Assembly (NCBI GenBank): GCA_017882055.1 | Contig: JADGQE010000001.1 | Span: 1 to 36,016, forward strand | Direction of reading: 5' to 3' | Source of the DNA: Thermoflexales bacterium | Lineage (GTDB): Bacteria > Chloroflexota > Anaerolineae > Fen-1058 | DNA length: 36,016 bases | In this document: in pieces, positions 30,745-36,016 of the stretch | How positions within the stretch are numbered: position 1 is the stretch's first letter | Layout: the number at the start of each line of letters is the position of its first letter | The notes under the pieces: generated by a model | What the model was told of the DNA's origin: nothing | Database searches by the model: none | Seen by the model: only the letters and a program-made list of their open reading frames with translations | Made by a program: the position numbers and the translations under genes

Positions 30745-31995
30745 TTATACCCGTTCTTCCGGCGGTTTAATCGATCGAAAACTGCGATACAACAAGAGAT
30801 CGTAAACGATCTTCACGCCACCTGCAATGAAGAACGGCGCATTCAACAACAACGGATTGCCCAGCAGCGCGCCGGTGAAGATCGGTGCGAGCGACGCGCC
30901 CGTCGTGCGCGCCACACTCGTGACACCGGCTGCGGCCGATCGCTCGTCGGGCGTCACAACCGCCAGCGTATACGATTGACGCGCCGGCACATCCATCTGC
31001 GAGATGCTGAAGCGCAGCAGCAGCATCAAGATCGCCAGCGGCAAATTGGGCATGAGCGGCACGAGCATCAACAGGATGTTTGACGGGATATGCGTATAGA
31101 CCATCGTGTTGATGAGCCCAATCCGGGCCGCGACCCGCGCGGCCGTCAACGCCGAGATGCCGGCCAGGATATTCGCGCCGAAGAAGATGCTGCCCAGCAC
31201 CGCCGGTTCGACGTTGAAGCGCAGGCTGAACCAATAGGCCACAAAACTTTGCACCACAAAGCCGCCCGCGAAGGCATCCATTGAAAACAGCGCCGACAAT
31301 TTGAAGACGACGCGGCGCGAGCGATGCAGGCCGACCCTCATGCGGGGTGAAGGGAGTGGATTGGGAGAAGGTTGATGCACTTCCACATTCGACGACAATC
31401 GGGTAAACAGGATCATCAGCAGCAATCCAACTGCCGCGTAACCAATCACAATGACCCGGTAACTATCAAGTGGCGGCAACCCTCTACTCTGCAAGACCTG
31501 CGCCAATCCGCCGCCGCATAACGCGCCAGTCGCCGTGGCGAACGAGCCGACGAGGTTGTACCAGGCAAAGACGTGTGTACGCCGATTGCCCGCCACAATC
31601 TGCGACAACGCCGCCTGCTCGATCGACAAGAACGGACCAACCTCGTTGCCGCTGGGACTGATCACACCAATCGTGGCGGCAATGAGCAGCAACGCAAAAT
31701 CTTTCGTCAGCGCGAAGATCACACCGGCGAAGATCATCAAGCCCGCGCCGATAATCAACATGCGCTTGCGGCCAATGCGATCGGCCGAGGTGGTGAGCCA
31801 CAACGAGATGGCCGTGTCGCCGATCAGCGTCAGCGTCAACAGCAAACCAATCGAATCGGTGCTCAGTCCGGCCTGCGTGAGATACAGCACCAGCACGACC
31901 GACAGAAAACCGTAGGCAAACAGGCGGGCGATGCGCGTGCCAAAGAGGAGACGGCCGTCGAATGTCAGCGCGGCTGAAGAGTTGGACGCGGCCAA
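30745..31995 (-). CDS. MFS transporter
   Basis: About 12 TM helices and a DRIGRKR loop after TM2. The apparent start is TTG at 31995, 3 nt after the upstream stop. The start is uncertain. Confidence 0.85.
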   Translation of the reverse strand: MAASNSSAALTFDGRLLFGTRIARLFAYGFLSVVLVLYLTQAGLSTDSIGLLLTLTLIGDTAISLWLTTSADRIGRKRMLIIGAGLMIFAGVIFALTKDFALLLIAATIGVISPSGNEVGPFLSIEQAALSQIVAGNRRTHVFAWYNLVGSFATATGALCGGGLAQVLQSRGLPPLDSYRVIVIGYAAVGLLLMILFTRLSSNVEVHQPSPNPLPSPRMRVGLHRSRRVVFKLSALFSMDAFAGGFVVQSFVAYWFSLRFNVEPAVLGSIFFGANILAGISALTAARVAARIGLINTMVYTHIPSNILLMLVPLMPNLPLAILMLLLRFSISQMDVPARQSYTLAVVTPDERSAAAGVTSVARTTGASLAPIFTGALLGNPLLLNAPFFIAGGVKIVYDLLLYRSFRSIKPPEERV

Positions 31996-31998
31996 ATG

Positions 31999-32436
31999 CT
32001 ATTGACCTTTCGCTGCTTGCAAGCGGCACCAGGCATACAGCGCATCGTATACTTCAAATTGCCGCGCCAGGTTTTCTTCGTCTTCGGGATAGCGCAGGCT
32101 ATAGCCCGAGGCGATGGCTTCCAACCCACGCGCAATCGGATCGGTGTCGATGTCAGCTGCGACATCGGCCGCGTGGACGATCTTTGCCAGCCGCAACAGA
32201 CCGGGGTCAACCAGCCCATATTTGGCTATGATGGACTCGAATGAGCAGCGGCCTTCGTGATGGCCCAACTCGACGCCGGGTGCATCGAACGGGATCGCAC
32301 CGGTTTCGGCCACTGCTTTTTCGATTTGATTCTTCGGCACAAACAAGAACTCCGCTTCATTGTCGATGAAGCGCGTAATCAACCAGGGACAGGCAACTCG
32401 ATCGACATGCACATGAGAACGCGTAATCCATTTCAT
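31999..32436 (-). CDS. Chromate-resistance (ChrB C-terminal-like) domain protein
   Basis: ATG at 32436. MKWITRSHVHVDRVACPWLITRFIDNEAEFLFVP matches the W.TR....DR.ACPWLI.RFID..A.F motif as I recall it. Confidence 0.75.
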   Translation of the reverse strand: MKWITRSHVHVDRVACPWLITRFIDNEAEFLFVPKNQIEKAVAETGAIPFDAPGVELGHHEGRCSFESIIAKYGLVDPGLLRLAKIVHAADVAADIDTDPIARGLEAIASGYSLRYPEDEENLARQFEVYDALYAWCRLQAAKGQ

Positions 32437-32748
32437 GGGTGTCTCCCTTTTTGAATCGGCTAATCTCTTACGGCGGCTCAATCCAACCCAGCGCTACTTA
32501 CCCTTTGAGGGTAACATATCCTGCTCATAACGCAATACCTTCGCTGAAAACCGTTTGGGCACTGGCGGTGTCGGTGTTGATTTAATCGGATGCAGCAACG
32601 GGTTGGGGCAAATTCCACGCAGCTGCTTTGAGCGGCGGCTCTAGACAACGCTCCGCCCCCCGATCGATACACTCGAATCACACAGACTCAATATCGACCA
32701 GAAACAGTGTGGTATCATTTGAGCATCCTCCACTTCAGGAAAACGACG

Positions 32749-33615
32749 ATGACACTTGGTGAACATGACGCGGTTCTAAACGGAATCCGCATTCACTACA
32801 CGCTTCGAGGCACCGGCCCGGCGCTGATTGCGATCTCCGGCGGACCGGGCTTCGATGCGCGCTGCTGGGATGATTTCGCCCGGATCGATCAGTTCGTAAC
32901 GATCATCGCCATGCATCCGCGTGGATCGGGTTTGTCCGATCCGGCCCCGAGTGACGCCGACTATTTGTTGCCCAACTACGCCGCCGATGTGGAAGCGCTG
33001 CGCCAACATCTTGGACTTGATCAGCCGATCGTGCTGGGCTGGTCGCATGGCGGCATGATCGCGCAGCAATTTGCCTCCACTTACCCTGACTCGCTGTCGA
33101 AACTGATTTTGCTCGATACGGCGGCCTATTTCGGCGAATTCCTCAACGACCTTGAAGCCGCCGTCAAGGAATTCAAATCTCAACCCTGGTTCGAGGCGTC
33201 GTTCGCCGCGCTGCAAAAAGAATGGGCGGGCGATTATCAGACCGACGAGGATATGGCCAGGTTGTGGTCAGGCGAGATGAAGTTTTACTTCAAGCACTTT
33301 GGCGCGCGTGAAGAAGCCTATCATGCGCGCACGAAAGATCTGCCGATCCGCCTTGCGCCGTTGAAGTGTTTCAACGAACGTGAAGCGCCGACGATGGATC
33401 TGCGTTCACAGTTAAGCCAGGTCAAAGTGCCGACGCTCGTCATCGTCGGGCGGCATGATTTCATCACCAACGTCGCCATGGCGGAAGAAATGGTCAAGCA
33501 CATTCCGCAAGCCCGATTGGAAATCTTCGAAGATTCCGGCCACTTCGCCTTGATCGAAGAGCCTGAGAAGTTTCATCGAGTGATCAGAGACTTCGTCACT
33601 ACGGCAGATTCCTAA
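32749..33615 (+). CDS. Alpha/beta hydrolase (proline iminopeptidase-like)
   Basis: ATG at 32749 follows AGGAAA. Has an oxyanion GGPG motif, a GWSHGG nucleophile elbow and C-terminal D...GH. Confidence 0.88.
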   Translation: MTLGEHDAVLNGIRIHYTLRGTGPALIAISGGPGFDARCWDDFARIDQFVTIIAMHPRGSGLSDPAPSDADYLLPNYAADVEALRQHLGLDQPIVLGWSHGGMIAQQFASTYPDSLSKLILLDTAAYFGEFLNDLEAAVKEFKSQPWFEASFAALQKEWAGDYQTDEDMARLWSGEMKFYFKHFGAREEAYHARTKDLPIRLAPLKCFNEREAPTMDLRSQLSQVKVPTLVIVGRHDFITNVAMAEEMVKHIPQARLEIFEDSGHFALIEEPEKFHRVIRDFVTTADS

Positions 33616-33627
33616 TTGGTTTACAAT

Positions 33628-33735
33628 GTCACCCTGAGCATAGCGACGCCTGGCGGCCCACCGCCGCAATGCGGCGGACATGGGCAGGGTCTCTACGACT
33701 ATCGCAGAGATTCCTCGCTTCGCTCGGAATGACAC
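33628..33735. repeat. 108-bp nested palindromic repeat element (copy C)
   Basis: GTCACCCTGAGCATAGCGA ... TCGCTTCGCTCGGAATGAC termini. The inner perfect palindrome is CCGCCGCA-A-TGCGGCGG. It generates the spurious ORFs 33412..33735 and 33699..33989. Confidence 0.85.
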
Positions 33736-33803
33736 TGGTGTACATCAAAACTGGAATTCACTCTAATTGACCAATCATCCACGCGAAGCGACCAGCTGAC
33801 CCT

Positions 33804-35075
33804 ATGAGCACCGACATCCGCGATCGTCTCCGCAAACTCGGCGTGCACAAGGGCGCCGCCCACGTCACCTCGAAGCCCAAACGCACACTTCACGCCGGTC
33901 TCGAAGCACTGATCGACGGCGAAGTCATCGAGACGGACTACGGCCCGATTTTCGTTCACGCTGAACGCTACGCACCCGACCACGCACACGGACGATACGC
34001 GCTGGGAGCGGCACTATCGCAATCACCGAGCGTCGCCGCACAACTCACCGAACGCCCCTCGCCTTCCGGGAGAGGGGTTCAGGGTGAGGGTCTGCATCTG
34101 CGCCGCGCTGCTTTCATCGATACCGAAACAACCGGACTGGCCGGCGGCACGGGCACACTGGCCTTTCTAATCGGCGTCGGCACCTTCGATCCAGATAACG
34201 CGTTTACCGTCCGGCAATATTTCTTGCGTTCCCCGGCCGAGGAACCGGCCGCCCTGCTGCATCTGGCGGATTGGCTCGATCAATTCGACGCCGTGGTTTC
34301 ATTCAACGGGCGCGGCTTCGATCTGCCGCTGCTTCAAACACGCTTCACCCTGCAGCGACTGCGCCCGCGCATTCTAACCGTGCCGCATCTCGATTTGCTC
34401 ACGCCCGCGCGGCGCGTGTGGCGCAATCGGCTGGAATCCTGCCGCCTGTCATCACTCGAAGACCACATCCTTGATGTGCATCGCGATCAGGCGGATGTGC
34501 CCGGCTTCCTTATCCCGCAGATGTACTTCGATTACTTGCGCACCGGCGATGCCAGCGAGATGCCGCGTGTGCTCTATCACAACACGTATGACATCTTATC
34601 GATGGTCACGTTATCGACGCATTTGATCCAGTTATTCGATCAAGCGCAGATCGCCGATCGGAACGCGGGCGATCTGTATGCACTGGGCAAGTGGCACGCC
34701 GATCAGGATCAGATCGAACAGGCGGAAACGTATCTGCGGCAGGCCATGGCTTCCGCCGAGGATGTCGAAACGCGCCACGCCGCGGCCCTGCGCCTGGCGC
34801 TGATCTACAAGCAAATCGATCGACGCAGCGAGGCGCTGCCGTTGTGGGAAGCGGCTACCGATCAGGCCACGACTTTAGCGGTTGAGGCTTGCATCGAACT
34901 GGCCAAGCACTACGAATGGCACGATCGGCAACTGAAACGCGCCCTGAAATGGACACAGCAGGGATTGAAACTTGCTGCCAGGTTGCCGGACGCTTTCGCG
35001 CGCGATGAAGCCGAGGCGGCGCTGGAACACCGCCAGGAACGGCTGGAACATAAACTGAAAGGTGAAGCCGAATAA
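33804..35075 (+). CDS. RNase H-like (YprB-type exonuclease fold) domain protein with a C-terminal TPR-like region
   Basis: FIDTETTGL, SFNG..FD.P.L and YH...D motifs of the DnaQ/RNase H-like fold, followed by helical repeats. Confidence 0.75.
   Translation: MSTDIRDRLRKLGVHKGAAHVTSKPKRTLHAGLEALIDGEVIETDYGPIFVHAERYAPDHAHGRYALGAALSQSPSVAAQLTERPSPSGRGVQGEGLHLRRAAFIDTETTGLAGGTGTLAFLIGVGTFDPDNAFTVRQYFLRSPAEEPAALLHLADWLDQFDAVVSFNGRGFDLPLLQTRFTLQRLRPRILTVPHLDLLTPARRVWRNRLESCRLSSLEDHILDVHRDQADVPGFLIPQMYFDYLRTGDASEMPRVLYHNTYDILSMVTLSTHLIQLFDQAQIADRNAGDLYALGKWHADQDQIEQAETYLRQAMASAEDVETRHAAALRLALIYKQIDRRSEALPLWEAATDQATTLAVEACIELAKHYEWHDRQLKRALKWTQQGLKLAARLPDAFARDEAEAALEHRQERLEHKLKGEAE
34055..34091 (+). 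repeat. REP-like repeat embedded in frame in the coding sequence
   Basis: CCCCTCGCCTTCCGGGAGAGGGGTTCAGGGTGAGGGT is translated as PSPSGRGVQGEG. It has the same word structure as the intergenic repeat at 28874-28926. Confidence 0.6.
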
Positions 35076-35077
35076 AC

Positions 35078-35106
35078 AAAAACCCCGCTCGATTGGGGCG
35101 GGGTTT
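35078..35106. terminator. Terminator hairpin between convergent genes
   Basis: AAACCCCGC (35080-35088) / GCGGGGTTT (35098-35106). The T-run is good on the minus strand (TTTTTGTTTATT) and weak on the plus strand. Confidence 0.7.
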
Positions 35107-35122
35107 AAGTGGTCGTTTGAAC

Positions 35123-35290
35123 CTACGAGAAGCACTTCTTGTGATAGAACATCATCTTCTTGCGCAGGCCGTCTTTTATCGGGAACATATCGCCCACGGT
35201 GATGACCTGGCCGCACTTGTGGCACAAATGCTTCGTCGGCTGCTCCATCCGCTTGGCTTCTTCTTTGGATTTCTCGCCTGTCTTCGCCAT
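35123..35290 (-). CDS. Small 55-aa Cys/His-containing basic protein (possible zinc-ribbon)
   Basis: Absent from the ORF track because it is under 60 aa. ATG at 35290 has GGAG 7 nt upstream, and a terminator follows. Sequence: MAKTGEKSKEEAKRMEQPTKHLCHKCGQVITVGDMFPIKDGLRKKMMFYHKKCFS. Confidence 0.55.
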   Translation of the reverse strand: MAKTGEKSKEEAKRMEQPTKHLCHKCGQVITVGDMFPIKDGLRKKMMFYHKKCFS

Positions 35291-35379
35291 CGTTCTGCTC
35301 CTTCAGCATCAAACTTGCATATTATGGAATCGCGTTGATAATAATCCCACAAACCCAAAACTCTGTCAAGGAAGGCATT

Positions 35380-35874
35380 TTGAATCATATCCCGACCGTG
35401 TTATTTGTCTGCAGCGGCAACTACTGCCGCTCGCCCATGGCCGAAGCGCTGGCCCGCAAGCATCTGCGGCTTGCCGGTTACGATAGCCGGATCGCCGCTT
35501 GCAGCGCCGGTACCCGAGACGTCTATGCCGGGCAGCCTCCCGCCCCGTTAGTCGTCGAAGTTTTGCGCGAATGCGATAGCGACGGCGCCGCCCACCGCCC
35601 GCATTTGATCACATCCGACGAGATCGCGCAAGCCGATTTGATCCTGGGCGTCGCAGGCGAACACGTCGAGTGGCTGGCGCAGAATTATCCCGAAGCCGCG
35701 GCGCGCACTTATTTGCTAACCGATCTGATCGGCGAAGCCTGGGACATGATCGATCCCGGCGTGCAGGCCCTCGATCCGCTGCGGCAATGCGCCGGCACGA
35801 TCGAACAGGTGATTACGTCCGGGCTAAGCGAAATGATCCAGCGCGTCCAATCCACTTCAAAGGCCAACCGATGA
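35380..35874 (+). CDS. Low-molecular-weight protein-tyrosine phosphatase / ArsC-like
   Basis: VLFVCSGNYCRSPMAE is a CX5R(S) P-loop. The start is uncertain: TTG at 35380 follows AAGGAAGG, or TTG at 35335 as in the ORF track. Confidence 0.85.
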   Translation: MNHIPTVLFVCSGNYCRSPMAEALARKHLRLAGYDSRIAACSAGTRDVYAGQPPAPLVVEVLRECDSDGAAHRPHLITSDEIAQADLILGVAGEHVEWLAQNYPEAAARTYLLTDLIGEAWDMIDPGVQALDPLRQCAGTIEQVITSGLSEMIQRVQSTSKANR

Positions 35875-36016
35875 ATACGACCCATATCCTGCTCTTCGAC
35901 GTCGACGGCGTGCTGGTCGAGGATCGCGGTTATCGCGCCGGCGTCATCGCCACGCTGAATCATTACAGCCACTTGATGGGTCTTGTGAATGCAGCGCCTG
36001 ATCCGGCCAGCCTGGA
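35871..36016 (+). CDS. HAD-superfamily hydrolase, 3' end cut by the window edge
   Basis: ATGA start/stop overlap with the upstream gene. MNTTHILLFDVDGVL carries HAD motif I (DxDGV). Confidence 0.55.
   Translation, partial: MNTTHILLFDVDGVLVEDRGYRAGVIATLNHYSHLMGLVNAAPDPASL

Noticed and set aside
29967-30770. 267-aa plus-strand ORF
   Set aside because: It is antisense to the DUF1786-like gene and runs through the intergenic repeat. It has no start-site signals.
32482-32748. Divergent promoter region with a 7-bp palindrome (TTACCCT-TTG-AGGGTAA) and a TGGTATCAT extended -10-like box
   Set aside because: The motifs are short and occur only once. No -35 box sits at proper spacing, so this is too weak to call as a feature.
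33412-33989. Two minus-strand ORFs (107 aa and 96 aa) with SFRAKRGIS and HSERSEESL peptides
   Set aside because: Both are generated by palindromic repeat copy C or by antisense to real genes. Such peptides are a known artefact of this repeat class.
34875-35312. 145-aa minus-strand ORF
   Set aside because: It overlaps the 3' end of the RNase H-like/TPR gene and crosses the terminator hairpin. The 55-codon ORF in another frame has the real start and stop signals.

Overview
This is a roughly 36 kb, fairly GC-rich bacterial chromosomal segment (GC judged by eye, not computed) with most genes on the minus strand. The gene content and intergenic repeat families look Chloroflexota-like, but that is an impression only.

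Core genes:
- A 2-oxoacid dehydrogenase set (E1 alpha, E1 beta, E2, E3) with an MFS gene between E2 and E3
- lipA
- A cysS gene fused to a GT2 glycosyltransferase domain
- An ABC-F ATPase
- A flotillin, PspA-like and channel-like trio
- A MoxR, DUF58 and DUF4129 cluster
- A membrane-anchored receiver plus CpaE/MinD-like ATPase
- An HdrD-like membrane Fe-S protein and a peroxiredoxin

Small accessory islets:
- A Uma2 nuclease
- A UPF0175/DUF3368 toxin-antitoxin pair next to a truncated-looking STAND-like P-loop protein
- A three-gene DUF4160/DUF2442 cassette

I saw no tRNA, rRNA or CRISPR array.

Best leads, in order:
1. A 984-bp, self-contained three-gene cassette bracketed by 56-bp direct repeats. 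The repeats duplicate the 5' end of an aldo-keto reductase gene.
2. The CysRS-GT2 fusion.
3. A consensus promoter, a leaderless uORF and an intrinsic terminator directly upstream of the ABC-F gene, which looks like an attenuator.
4. Several nested palindromic or MITE-like repeat families and heptamer arrays. Two composites sit in mirror orientation around MoxR-DUF58, and one repeat is inserted in frame within a coding gene.

All protein family calls come from motif recognition by eye, not from database searches.
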